Positions 45,381-54,485 of a stretch of 64,000 nucleotides of DNA are shown one piece after another. A program made the translations under genes and the position numbers. The notes below the pieces were generated by a model. That model worked only from the letters and a program-made list of their open reading frames with translations. It was not told where the DNA came from and ran no database searches. Location: the NCBI GenBank assembly GCA_964358005.1, contig CAYHNH010000001.1, forward strand, positions 78,775 to 142,774, given 5' to 3'. The stretch is from an uncultured Candidatus Saccharibacteria bacterium (lineage in GTDB: Bacteria > Patescibacteriota > Minisyncoccia > Phycocordibacterales > PALSA-1337). The stretch's first letter is position 1. Each line of letters begins with the position of its first letter.

Positions 45381-46385
45381 TTAGGCAATTTCGCCTTCTT
45401 TTCCCTTGCTCCCCACAGGCTCCTCGTTTGTTGATTCCAAAAACTCAAACACCTTCTCGTTCGTGAGGACAGTCTCGGCATAGATAGAGGCGCGCTCGCG
45501 ATCGGCATCCTTATAGTGTTCTACGATGTGATTCGTTTCGGCCTCTATCTCGGCAGGGGACGGCTTGATGTTCTCCAGCCGGGAGATCTCATTGAGGATC
45601 AGTTGCAGCTTGGCCTTTTTCTCGGCGTGGGGCAGCCATTCCTTGCGAATCTCCTCGAGGGTTTTCTTTGCATGTTTCAGATAGTCGTCCAATTTCACTC
45701 CCATCCGCTGTATGTCATTCTCGAATTGCGACTGGGTGCGGTTGAGCTCGCTCTCGATCATCACGTTCGGCAGCTCGACTATGGTCTCTGCTGCTATGGC
45801 ATCGGCGATAGAGAGCCTGACCTTTTCCTTAGCGGCAGTCCTCTTGTCCTCAGATAGCATGGTGGAGAGCTGTTCCCTCGGTATTACCGGGGGATTGGGC
45901 ATCTTCTTTATGCGCTCCTCGGCCTCAGCTATCTCCTTGTCAGAAACAGACGTATCAGGCTGGCCGGCTTTCTTCACCTGCTCGCCGGCGAGCTTCTTGT
46001 AGTCAGGCAGCTTTATCTCCGGAACTACGGCAGTGACGGCTTTGAACTCCAGATCATTGCCTTTGGCTAGCTTGGTCACGCTTATCTCCGGCCGACCTAT
46101 GGCGTCGATCTTCTGATCTATGAGTATTTCCATGTAGGCCTTTGGGAGCGCCAACTCGGCCATCTCCTCGAGTATGACCATGTCTCCGACCTTGGCGACC
46201 AGCACATTCTCCGGAATGTTGCCCTTGCGGAAGCCGTCGATAGTGACTGTATCGTTGATGTTCTTCAATGCGGCGGCGCGGAACTGTTCCCACGTCTCCA
46301 CGGGCACGGAACCAACTATCTCGACCTGTGATTTGTCGAGCTTTTTAATGGAAGCAGATGCATATGATTTAGAAGTTTTGTTCAT
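45381..46385 (-). CDS. tig: Trigger factor-like chaperone (short form)
   Basis: N-terminal ribosome-binding signature GFRKGNIP, then a helical C-terminal arm domain. At 334 aa it is shorter than canonical Tig and a PPIase domain is not evident. Confidence 0.7.
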   Translation of the reverse strand: MNKTSKSYASASIKKLDKSQVEIVGSVPVETWEQFRAAALKNINDTVTIDGFRKGNIPENVLVAKVGDMVILEEMAELALPKAYMEILIDQKIDAIGRPEISVTKLAKGNDLEFKAVTAVVPEIKLPDYKKLAGEQVKKAGQPDTSVSDKEIAEAEERIKKMPNPPVIPREQLSTMLSEDKRTAAKEKVRLSIADAIAAETIVELPNVMIESELNRTQSQFENDIQRMGVKLDDYLKHAKKTLEEIRKEWLPHAEKKAKLQLILNEISRLENIKPSPAEIEAETNHIVEHYKDADRERASIYAETVLTNEKVFEFLESTNEEPVGSKGKEGEIA

Positions 46386-46674
46386 TCAATCCATCCGTTG
46401 AGGCGTTGAGCTCGGCCTCTAGGCCGCTCAAGTCATCTGTTCCTGCATTTCCGACTGCTGCTGGCTGCGTGGCTAGGTTGTTCTCGACAGGCGCTGGCTG
46501 GTTGATCTTGGAAGCGAATAGGTAAAGGACGGCTATTATTATGATGATGACTATTATCAAAGACGCGACTATAGGTCCGACCTTCCTTTCGGTCTGGGGA
46601 GGGGTTACGGCCGCTGGGGCCGGAGCTGGGGTCGGTGCCGGAGCTGAGACTGGAACTTGGTTATTTTGGTCCAT
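46369..46674 (-). CDS. Small single-TM protein with a Pro/Ala-rich N-terminus (hypothetical)
   Basis: TM helice IVASLIIVIIIIIAVLYLF. Confidence 0.4.
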   Translation of the reverse strand: MDQNNQVPVSAPAPTPAPAPAAVTPPQTERKVGPIVASLIIVIIIIIAVLYLFASKINQPAPVENNLATQPAAVGNAGTDDLSGLEAELNASTDGLNEQNF

Positions 46675-46696
46675 AAGTTTGTTAGTTATCCATTTA

Positions 46697-47518
46697 TTAA
46701 CGAGTCGTAGTAGTTGCCTGACGCGGATTGGCGGAGTCTTGTCCGGTTTTTAGCCCCATAGATGCGGCTATCGCTCGGACTACTTCTTGCAGGGACTGCC
46801 GAGCCTGGTTTGTGGCTTCGATGGCTTCTTTTCCTATCACCCTCGGTCCATCCAGAGTGATATTCATGGAGGCAGTCACATCAGCCTGCGATGATGAGGC
46901 GAGTGCCGGGGGCACATATGCGGCGAGCTTGGCTAGGGCCTGTTCTGCGGCCGATATCTTGGCATCTGCGGCGGCCAGTAGAGTCCTTGCCTCGGTCATC
47001 GTGCGACCCCTTTCCTCGGCAGACTCTATCCTGTCGCTAATCTTGTCTTGCAAGTCATTCAACTTACTGATCGCCTGTTCGTTCTGATCGAGCAGATTCT
47101 TGTGCATCTGGGCGAATTGGTCTAGGCGAGCCTCTTTCCGGTCTTCCCTCCGGTCCTTTCGGTCTTCCTTGCGATCTTCCATTCGGTCCTTGCGGTCTTC
47201 TTGCAGGGTAGATGAGGCTATCCTCTTCATCAGTTCAGGTGGCAGACGCTTTATGTTTATCCACCCAGGAGAAGTGGAGCTGGAAATCCTGGACTTCACT
47301 TCGGCCCGGATAGTCGCGGTCCGCTTGAGCTGTTCGTTCCTGACATTCAACTGCTCGTTCCTGATATCGCGGTTGTTCTCCGCGTTTTGCAGGCGGGTCT
47401 GGATAGGTGTTCTCTCCGGACGAGGTGTCTCGGTCTGGGCTTCTGAGAGGGATGGTGTGGCCACAGCTATTAAGCCGGCAACTGCCAAGGCAGCGCTATA
47501 TGTGTATATTTTGTTCAT
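46697..47518 (-). CDS. Secreted coiled-coil protein with a DRKEDRKDRRE tandem repeat (hypothetical)
   Basis: Signal peptide (YTYSAALAVAGLIAVATPSLSEAQ), then RKDRMEDRKEDRKDRREDRKEAR encoded by cggtcttcc-type nucleotide repeats at 47130-47230. Confidence 0.5.
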   Translation of the reverse strand: MNKIYTYSAALAVAGLIAVATPSLSEAQTETPRPERTPIQTRLQNAENNRDIRNEQLNVRNEQLKRTATIRAEVKSRISSSTSPGWINIKRLPPELMKRIASSTLQEDRKDRMEDRKEDRKDRREDRKEARLDQFAQMHKNLLDQNEQAISKLNDLQDKISDRIESAEERGRTMTEARTLLAAADAKISAAEQALAKLAAYVPPALASSSQADVTASMNITLDGPRVIGKEAIEATNQARQSLQEVVRAIAASMGLKTGQDSANPRQATTTTR

Positions 47519-47539
47519 GCGTAGATTGTACCATTCCTT

Positions 47540-49537
47540 CTAGAATAGGTGCCAGGCGGTGACGAAAGAGACTATAAGCAGAGCCACGATATTGAGGATC
47601 TTGATCATAGGATTGATGGCTGGGCCTGCCGTATCCTTGTACGGGTCTCCGACGGTGTCGCCCGTGACTGCGGCCTTGTGAGCATCGGAGCCCTTGCCGC
47701 CATGAGCGCCTTGCTCGATGTGCTTCTTGGCATTGTCCCAAGCACCGCCGCCAGATGTCATGGAGATGGCTACGAAGAGACCGGTGACGATAGAGCCGAC
47801 CAGGAGGCCGCCTAGGGCGATCGGGCCGAGCAGGAATCCGACCACGATCGGGGCGAGGACAGGGATGAGTGCCGGGACGATCATCTCCTTTATGGCTGCT
47901 GACGTGACTATGTCTACACAGCGCGCATAGTCAGGCTTAGCAGTGCCTTGCATGATGCCCTTGATCTCGCGGAATTGGCGTCGCACTTCCTCGACGACCT
48001 TGCCGGCGGCTTTGCCGACAGCTTCCATGGAGAGAGCGGCGAAATAGTAGGGGAGAAGACCGCCGATGAAGAGACCGACGATGACTTTAGGGTCTGACAG
48101 GTCGAATATCCCGCCCGGGACGAGGTGAGTGTATTCTGCGAAGAGAACAAGTGCGGCTAGAGCGGCAGAACCGATGGCATAGCCCTTGGTGACGGCCTTG
48201 GTGGTGTTGCCGACTGCGTCGAGAGGGTCTGTGACATCGCGGACTTCCTTGGGGAGTTCGGCCATCTCGGCGATGCCTCCGGCGTTATCAGTGATAGGTC
48301 CGTAGGCGTCGATTGCGACGATGATGCCGGCCATGGAGAGCATGCTCATGGCGGCTACAGCGATGCCGTAGAGTCCGCCGAAATAGTATGAAGCCAGGAT
48401 ACCGACGACGATAGTGATGAGCGGCCAAGCGGTGGCTTTCATCGAGATCGCCAAGCCCTGGATGATGTTGGTACCGTGTCCGGATGCCGAGGCGTTAGCG
48501 ATGGACTTCACCGGGTGGTATTTCGTGGAAGTGTAGTATTCCGTGATGATGACTAGGAGCGCTGTGACGATGAGACCTACTAGCGTGGCTCCATAGAGCG
48601 ACGCAGTGGAATATGTGCCATTATCGCCCATGATCCATTTCGTGAGAGGGTAGAAAGCGATAGCAGAGAGGACACCGGCTACAGTGAGGCCTTTGTACAT
48701 GGCACCCATGATGTTCTGGGACTTTCCCATGCGCACGAACCAGGTACCGATGATGGAAGCGATGATGGCTATGCCACCGAGCGCGAGAGGGTATATGATG
48801 GCGCCGTCGAAGCCCTTGAATACAGACACTCCCAACATCATGGCGGCGATGGTCGTAACGGCGTAAGTCTCGAATAGGTCAGCGGCCATGCCTGCGCAGT
48901 CGCCGACGTTATCTCCGACGTTGTCAGCAATGACGCCTGGATTCCTCGGATCGTCTTCAGGGATTCCTGCCTCTACCTTACCTACGAGGTCAGTGCCGAC
49001 GTCTGCGGCCTTAGTAAATATGCCACCGCCTAGGCGGGCGAATACTGAAATAAGGCTGGCTCCGAAGGCTAGGCCTATGAGCGAGCCCACATCCTGGGTG
49101 ATCGCATAGAATCCAGTGACGCCGAGGAGGGCGAGGCCGACCACGAGGAGTCCGGTGACAGCGCCACCCTGGAAGGCGAGCGTGAGAGCCGGAGCGAGGC
49201 CTCTGCGCGCAGCTTCGGCTGTGCGAACGTTGGTCCGTACTGACACATTCATGCCGATGAAGCCGGTGAGAGCCGAGAGGACGGCGCCGACGAGGAATCC
49301 TAGGGCGATCGTCCAGCCGAGGGCGAAGCCGAGGATGACGAAAAGGATGACCGCTATGATCGCAATGGTGCGGTATTGGCGGTTCAGATAGGCCTTTGCG
49401 CCGGCCTGAATGGCCGCGGCTATCTCCTGCATGCGAGCGTTGCCGGCCGGCTTCTTCATTATGGAAGAGGCGAGCAGTGCGCCGTAGGCGATAGCGATCA
49501 CGGAGCTGATAAGAGCGAAAATGATGTATGTATTCAT
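47540..49537 (-). CDS. hppA: Membrane-bound proton-translocating pyrophosphatase (H+-PPase)
   Basis: 665-aa polytopic protein with [38 protein letters not shown] and [12 protein letters not shown], the V-PPase signature motifs. Confidence 0.95.
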   Translation of the reverse strand: MNTYIIFALISSVIAIAYGALLASSIMKKPAGNARMQEIAAAIQAGAKAYLNRQYRTIAIIAVILFVILGFALGWTIALGFLVGAVLSALTGFIGMNVSVRTNVRTAEAARRGLAPALTLAFQGGAVTGLLVVGLALLGVTGFYAITQDVGSLIGLAFGASLISVFARLGGGIFTKAADVGTDLVGKVEAGIPEDDPRNPGVIADNVGDNVGDCAGMAADLFETYAVTTIAAMMLGVSVFKGFDGAIIYPLALGGIAIIASIIGTWFVRMGKSQNIMGAMYKGLTVAGVLSAIAFYPLTKWIMGDNGTYSTASLYGATLVGLIVTALLVIITEYYTSTKYHPVKSIANASASGHGTNIIQGLAISMKATAWPLITIVVGILASYYFGGLYGIAVAAMSMLSMAGIIVAIDAYGPITDNAGGIAEMAELPKEVRDVTDPLDAVGNTTKAVTKGYAIGSAALAALVLFAEYTHLVPGGIFDLSDPKVIVGLFIGGLLPYYFAALSMEAVGKAAGKVVEEVRRQFREIKGIMQGTAKPDYARCVDIVTSAAIKEMIVPALIPVLAPIVVGFLLGPIALGGLLVGSIVTGLFVAISMTSGGGAWDNAKKHIEQGAHGGKGSDAHKAAVTGDTVGDPYKDTAGPAINPMIKILNIVALLIVSFVTAWHLF

Positions 49538-49617
49538 AATGTGAGAGATTCTAGCAAGAAATGGCTCAAATTATAGTCTTGACAGTATCTTCTGGGTGTT
49601 ATTAGATAAGAGTAGAT

Positions 49618-50013
49618 ATGCATATCCTAAAATTGATTTGTGTCACCAACGGGAACCTCGGTCTGACCCCCGAGGCTCTGCAGAAAAGCCTTGGAAGTCA
49701 GGAAAGCCTGCCCATTGCTCGTTCGGCGAATCCTTCAGATCTCGCGGTTTCGAAAAATGGGTTGTTTCAGATCATTCATTTCGCAGACGCGGAGTTTGAT
49801 GGCCACCCCGGGAGGACATTCCTGTTGATCGAGATGACCAACGGTATCGGCAGAATCCTCGCCCGCGGCCATGCCCAGGAGATTCATCGGACGATGATGG
49901 CGCCGGAGGTTGTCACTTTTCGGGGATACAGTGAAAGGATCGGCCACTTTAACTTTGTCTGCCAAAACAAGTTCGTCGAGTCTTCCATGGCCATGGAGCT
50001 TTCTCCCCCCTGA
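49618..50013 (+). CDS. Hypothetical 131-aa protein
   Basis: ORF followed 30 nt later by a clean rho-independent terminator. No recognised motif. Confidence 0.4.
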   Translation: MHILKLICVTNGNLGLTPEALQKSLGSQESLPIARSANPSDLAVSKNGLFQIIHFADAEFDGHPGRTFLLIEMTNGIGRILARGHAQEIHRTMMAPEVVTFRGYSERIGHFNFVCQNKFVESSMAMELSPP

Positions 50014-50043
50014 ACTCCAAGCCGCCTGTCTTTTTCGCAAATC

Positions 50044-50068
50044 CCGACCCTCACCGGTCGGGCTTTTT
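50044..50068 (+). terminator. Rho-independent terminator
   Basis: Stem CCCGACC / GGTCGGG with loop TCACC, followed by CTTTTT. Confidence 0.6.
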
Positions 50069-50137
50069 ATGCGATAAGCTTAATCATGCTAACTATAGTA
50101 TGTAGAACTATGATAGGCTCGCTTTTATTATATAGAC

Positions 50138-50359
50138 ATGACCAATCTAACCAGGCAATTTCAGATACTTTTGGGCCAAAAGATCCGCTCTGAGCGCGAA
50201 AAGAAAGGTATTTCTCAGGAAAAATTTGGCGAACTAGCAAAAGTTCACCGTACCTATGTCGGTATGATAGAAAGAGGCGAGAAGAATATTACTCTCCAAA
50301 ATATGGCGAAATTCGCCAAAGCCTTGAATTTGAATGTGCGTGATCTCATCGACTTCTAG
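50138..50359 (+). CDS. XRE-family (Cro/CI-type) helix-turn-helix transcriptional regulator
   Basis: 73 aa with LLGQKIRSEREKKGISQEKFGELAKVHRTYVGMIERGEKNITLQNMAKFAKAL, the canonical HTH_XRE. Confidence 0.75.
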   Translation: MTNLTRQFQILLGQKIRSEREKKGISQEKFGELAKVHRTYVGMIERGEKNITLQNMAKFAKALNLNVRDLIDF

Positions 50360-50483
50360 ACAAACCCGAAAATATGTTAGCTAACTATAATTAGCTATTG
50401 ACGTTTATGTGCTAGTATACGATACTCATAGTTAGCGCTAATCAAGATTAGCACAGTACACAAAAAATAAAGGATCCCATACC

Positions 50484-51029
50484 ATGAGCTCATCGATCGA
50501 ACCTCCGACCCTTGGCGTAGCCCAGAGCCCCGCACGGATTGTCTCCGTAACCACAGGCGACTTCAGCGTCGCCTCGCATCTCACCCATAGGGGCAAAACC
50601 CTGGCGGATGTGATGGCCTACAGAAATCCGCACGTCGTAGCCCGTCTGGCCAAAGAAGAGGATATGAGCATCGAGGAGGCCGAGTCGGCCTTAAGCGATG
50701 CACTGCTCTTCCTTTGGCTCGGCAATCGTGTCAAAGAGCCGCTTGCTCCGGCTTTGAAGATCGATCTCGCCTGGCACGCCTTCCTCTTGTTTACGAAGGA
50801 CTATCGGGAGTTTTGCACCGAATACTTCGGGGGATTCATCGATCATCATCCTCGCCGTCTCACTGATGAACCCGACGGTGGCCGCGTGGTTGCTCGTTCC
50901 TGGCAGCATGCCGAGACGGTCCTGATTGGCGAGCTCGGCCTATCGCTGTCGCGGAACTGGATTTACGAGCGCTTGCAGCGTTCGGCCGAATGTTGCGGCA
51001 ACTGTGGCCAGGGCTGCTGTAGCCGTTAG
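50484..51029 (+). CDS. Hypothetical protein with a cysteine-rich C-terminal tail (AECCGNCGQGCCSR)
   Basis: 181 aa at about 58% GC. Six Cys fall in the last 12 residues. The conserved-looking core is DLAWHAFLLFTKDYREFCTEYFGGFIDHHP. Confidence 0.5.
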   Translation: MSSSIEPPTLGVAQSPARIVSVTTGDFSVASHLTHRGKTLADVMAYRNPHVVARLAKEEDMSIEEAESALSDALLFLWLGNRVKEPLAPALKIDLAWHAFLLFTKDYREFCTEYFGGFIDHHPRRLTDEPDGGRVVARSWQHAETVLIGELGLSLSRNWIYERLQRSAECCGNCGQGCCSR

Positions 51030-51088
51030 CGAATCATCGGTGCAAGCCTCGGGCAGGAGATCGCTTCTCCTGCCCATTTTTATAGCTT

Positions 51089-51589
51089 ATGAAACTTTAT
51101 GAATATCTGAACAAAAACAGGATATTGCCGCCGCCGGGGACGCTTATTATCGACCTCGGTTGTGGAGATGGCAGAGTACTCGGACCTTTTTATCGTGAAG
51201 GTTATGCCGTTTTGGGGGTAGACATGGATGCGGGAAGGGTCTCAGTCGCTCAGGGCCATATGACCGAAGGGGTATTCGGCGTACAGGATCTCAGGCTTTT
51301 CACTGTACCGAAAGGCGGCTTCATGATCCTGCGCAACGTGCTACCGTTCTTTAGATCAAAAGAAGAAGTCCGGGGGTTCCTGAATAAACATCCTGATCAC
51401 ACGATATATTTTACGCTTTTTGGTAAGAATGATGAGATGGCCGATAAGGCCTTGATTTGGAGTAGGGAAGAAGTCGATTCCATCTGCAGTAATGTTGGGG
51501 CTATAATCATAGAGGTGCAAGATGGTCCGGGGCATTCTCTTTCCGGAGATTCCAGGCGCTGCCATATATTCCATTGTCTCAAGATGTAG
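51089..51589 (+). CDS. Class I SAM-dependent methyltransferase
   Basis: Motif I LIIDLGCGDGRVL, with an acidic residue after beta-2 (LGVDMD). Confidence 0.65.
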   Translation: MKLYEYLNKNRILPPPGTLIIDLGCGDGRVLGPFYREGYAVLGVDMDAGRVSVAQGHMTEGVFGVQDLRLFTVPKGGFMILRNVLPFFRSKEEVRGFLNKHPDHTIYFTLFGKNDEMADKALIWSREEVDSICSNVGAIIIEVQDGPGHSLSGDSRRCHIFHCLKM

Positions 51590-51610
51590 AGGCTCTATCG
51601 TTGAGATTTT

Positions 51611-52033
51611 TTGATAATTGTATATGCTATAGATATGTACGTGAAGACTTTTTCAAATCAGGTTATTGAGATGGCAAAGGTGGATCAGGACCTGCGCTTT
51701 GCCGCGGTACGCTCGCAAAAAGGCAAGAGGCCTGGCACATTGTCTGTCGAGAACTATCTCATTTATGTAGTCGACTGGGTGCACGGTCAAAGAATTCGGA
51801 AACTCATCGATAAACACGGCTATCCTACCGTGAAAGCCTTTGGGAAGAAGGCCATGGATGCGTTTTGGCTGCTCATCCAACATCAGGATTATGATACCGA
51901 GCTACAGAAAGACTGCCTGAAAAATTGTTCTTTCTCGAAGACGCAATTCGAGCATTTGACGGATCGAATTTTGCTGAATGAGGGCAAGCCACAGAGATAC
52001 GGCACACAGTTCAAAAGAAAAATCCGCCAGTAG
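51611..52033 (+). CDS. Hypothetical 140-aa protein
   Basis: ORF only. Same strand, immediately downstream of the methyltransferase. Confidence 0.35.
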   Translation: MIIVYAIDMYVKTFSNQVIEMAKVDQDLRFAAVRSQKGKRPGTLSVENYLIYVVDWVHGQRIRKLIDKHGYPTVKAFGKKAMDAFWLLIQHQDYDTELQKDCLKNCSFSKTQFEHLTDRILLNEGKPQRYGTQFKRKIRQ

Positions 52034-52061
52034 CGGATTTTTCCTGTCCTTACGCTGATCG

Positions 52062-53270
52062 TTATTCCTTCGCGGGTTCTTTAGTCGCAATCGGCTGTTC
52101 CGTTCCAGGCTCGGTCTCGATGATGTCCTCCTCTGGATCTTCCTCATCAACAGTCTCGCCAGCGGACTTGATATCTATCTTCCAGCCAGTGAGCTTGGCT
52201 GCCAAGCGCACATTCTGGCCGCCTTTGCCGATAGCGAGAGACTGTTCGTCCTCGGTCACGGTGACTATGGCGCGGTGTTCCTCGTCTATGAGCTCTATGG
52301 AGACGACCTCAGCAGGTGAAAGGGCCTCCTCTATGAACAGAGCAGGGTCCTCGTTCCACTCGATGATGTCTATCTTCTCTCCAGAAAGCTCGCTCGTGAC
52401 TGTAGACACGCGTACGCCGCGCTGGCCGACTAGAGAGCCTATCGGGTCGATATGCGCATCATGGGAGACGACTGCGACCTTCGAACGGGAACCCGCCTCG
52501 CGGGCGATGGCTTTGACCTCGACTACGCCCTGGGCAATCTCGGGGGCTTCGGTCTCGAACAGCTTGGCTAGGAATTTGGGGTGAGCTCGAGAGAGCTTGA
52601 GCACGATGCCACGAGGAGTTTCCTCCACCGCATAAAGATACGCGCGGATGCGGTCGCCCGTCTTCCAGCGCTCGCTCGGTATCTGCTCTTCGTAAGGGAT
52701 GACGCCGACGGCACGGCCCATGTCTATGTAAACGACGCCTCGCTCGACGCGCTCGACTGTTCCGGCGACTATCTCGCCCTCCTTCTCGCCGTATTCGCCC
52801 ATGACCGAGACCTTCTCGGCTTCGCGGATCTTCTGGATGATGACCTGTTTTGCGGTCTGGGCGGCGATGCGGCCGAAGTCAGCCTTGGCCTCGAGAGGGA
52901 ATACCAGCTCGTCGCCGATCTGGGCGTCGCGCTTTATCTTCTTGGCGTCATCGATGAGCATGTGCTGTTCCGGATTGAATCGAATCTTGATGTCTTCGAC
53001 GTCGGCATGCTTGAGCTCCTCGTGGGCCATCTCCTCGTCGCCTTCCATGATGACCTGACTGCGATCGACGACGATCTTTACCTGCCAGAATTCCACCTGG
53101 CCAGAAGCCTGGTCGAACGAGGCGCGGACGATCTGGCCTTTCTTGCCGTATTCTTTCTTGTACGCAGTCGCGAAGGCCATAGCTATAGCCTCGAGGGTCT
53201 TGTCTTTGGGTATGCCGCGCTCCTCTTCGAGCTCGCGAACTACCGTGTTTATCGTTTTAAGGTCGAACAT
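52062..53270 (-). CDS. nusA: Transcription termination/antitermination protein NusA
   Basis: N-terminal NTD (MFDLKTINTVVRELEEERGIPKD), an S1 domain and two KH domains (IAREAGSRSKVAVVS; AIGKGGQNVRLAAKLTGWKIDI). Confidence 0.9.
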   Translation of the reverse strand: MFDLKTINTVVRELEEERGIPKDKTLEAIAMAFATAYKKEYGKKGQIVRASFDQASGQVEFWQVKIVVDRSQVIMEGDEEMAHEELKHADVEDIKIRFNPEQHMLIDDAKKIKRDAQIGDELVFPLEAKADFGRIAAQTAKQVIIQKIREAEKVSVMGEYGEKEGEIVAGTVERVERGVVYIDMGRAVGVIPYEEQIPSERWKTGDRIRAYLYAVEETPRGIVLKLSRAHPKFLAKLFETEAPEIAQGVVEVKAIAREAGSRSKVAVVSHDAHIDPIGSLVGQRGVRVSTVTSELSGEKIDIIEWNEDPALFIEEALSPAEVVSIELIDEEHRAIVTVTEDEQSLAIGKGGQNVRLAAKLTGWKIDIKSAGETVDEEDPEEDIIETEPGTEQPIATKEPAKE

Positions 53271-53350
53271 ATATGTGATTGTTATTCAGTTGTTATTAAA
53301 TTTTAACTTGGAAATAATATACCACATAGTTGGATAAAATCAAATGTCGG

Positions 53351-53380
53351 AATAAAAATGGCCCCGCGCGGGAGCGGGGC
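53351..53380 (-). terminator. Rho-independent terminator for the minus-strand membrane-protein gene
   Basis: GCCCCGC-GCGGGA-GCGGGGC hairpin; on the minus strand it is followed by CATTTTTATT. Confidence 0.55.
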
Positions 53381-53409
53381 ACTAGGGGGTCTTCGGACCG
53401 GGCTTGTCG

Positions 53410-53940
53410 TCAGGGTTTCCTGACCCCGGGGATGTCGGGCGGCTCGGCGACTGTGGGCACCATCGGAGACGCGGGGATGGGTGTGATCGCGGAATCGTTC
53501 CGCTTACCCGATAAAAGGCTCCAACCGAGCGGCGCCGAGAAGCCGGCTCCGACCAGGATGAGCAGGGCAACCAGCGACCTTACGTCTTGGCCGAGTGTGA
53601 CGTAGGGCGGGAAGGCGAGTCTGATAGCCATCCCACAGATGAGCAAACCGAGCACTGCGAGGATGTATCTGGCGTTACGGTCGCACCAGGCTACGTTGTC
53701 GGTGCTGGCGGTGATGCCCCACAAAAGTGTGAGGAAGGCGCCGGTAACGAGCAAGGTCTGCAGGATCCAGCCTTGAGTGAACCCGGCGATTCCGACCATG
53801 AGCGCGAACACGAAGGTGAGCGTCGGACCTCCTTGCGGCTGGTATTTCGCACGATCCTTGTTGGTGATCATCATGACCCAGGCGAGCAGGGCTATCATGG
53901 TGACTGCGAACTCTACGTAATTGAACCATCTGAAGTTCAT
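53410..53940 (-). CDS. Polytopic membrane protein (hypothetical); start taken at MNFRWFNYVEF
   Basis: 4-5 TM helices; about 58% GC. Confidence 0.45.
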   Translation of the reverse strand: MNFRWFNYVEFAVTMIALLAWVMMITNKDRAKYQPQGGPTLTFVFALMVGIAGFTQGWILQTLLVTGAFLTLLWGITASTDNVAWCDRNARYILAVLGLLICGMAIRLAFPPYVTLGQDVRSLVALLILVGAGFSAPLGWSLLSGKRNDSAITPIPASPMVPTVAEPPDIPGVRKP

Positions 53941-54082
53941 AGTGATACAGGTTTTGAGGGTTGACCCCATTCAACGAGCTGTCTTATGGGCTGTCCTCAA
54001 AACTACATCAAGCATGAGGATTGTCAAGAATAGTTTGCGGGCGTTCTTTATTTGCTGTACTGTGTGATCAGCCAATCACTTT

Positions 54083-54412
54083 ATGTTCCCCAAAACTTCT
54101 GTATCACAGCAAATGGGCATTATGCGCTCGCTCGTCTGGTGCGGCGAAGTCGTGGATTCCAATCAGGACGGCATCTGGAAAACGACGACCAATCTCATCA
54201 AGGTCTTCGCGGCCGATCATGCGACCTTGGTCACCATCGATCTCGCGCAACTGCGGTTCGTCGACAGCTCCGGCGCCGCTCTCATGATGAAGCTCAAGGA
54301 ATGGTCTCGGACACTGCGTCTCGAGATCATCTTCGTCAATACTCGCCCAACGGTCCGCAATATCCTACGACTGACTGCTGTAGATCAGCTGGTCCTCGAA
54401 GGCGGGCAGTGA
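54083..54412 (+). CDS. STAS-domain protein (SpoIIAA-like anti-sigma-factor antagonist)
   Basis: 109 aa. TIDLAQLRFVDSSGAALMMKLKEWSRTLRLEIIFVNTRPTVRNILRLTAVDQLV is the STAS fold signature (phosphorylatable Ser in DSSG). Confidence 0.65.
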   Translation: MFPKTSVSQQMGIMRSLVWCGEVVDSNQDGIWKTTTNLIKVFAADHATLVTIDLAQLRFVDSSGAALMMKLKEWSRTLRLEIIFVNTRPTVRNILRLTAVDQLVLEGGQ

Positions 54413-54485
54413 AGGGCAAGCCTGAAGGTTCTATCCGCGCACTGTGCCTACGGTGCGCTTTTTTGCATGGTATAATTGTGGTGAC

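Noticed and set aside
47100-47240. Short direct repeats (cggtcttcc units) that could be mistaken for a CRISPR or other repeat array
   Set aside because: The units are 9-12 nt with no spacers. They lie inside a continuous ORF and encode the DRKEDRK protein repeat, so this is a coding tandem repeat, not CRISPR. No CRISPR array was seen anywhere in the window.
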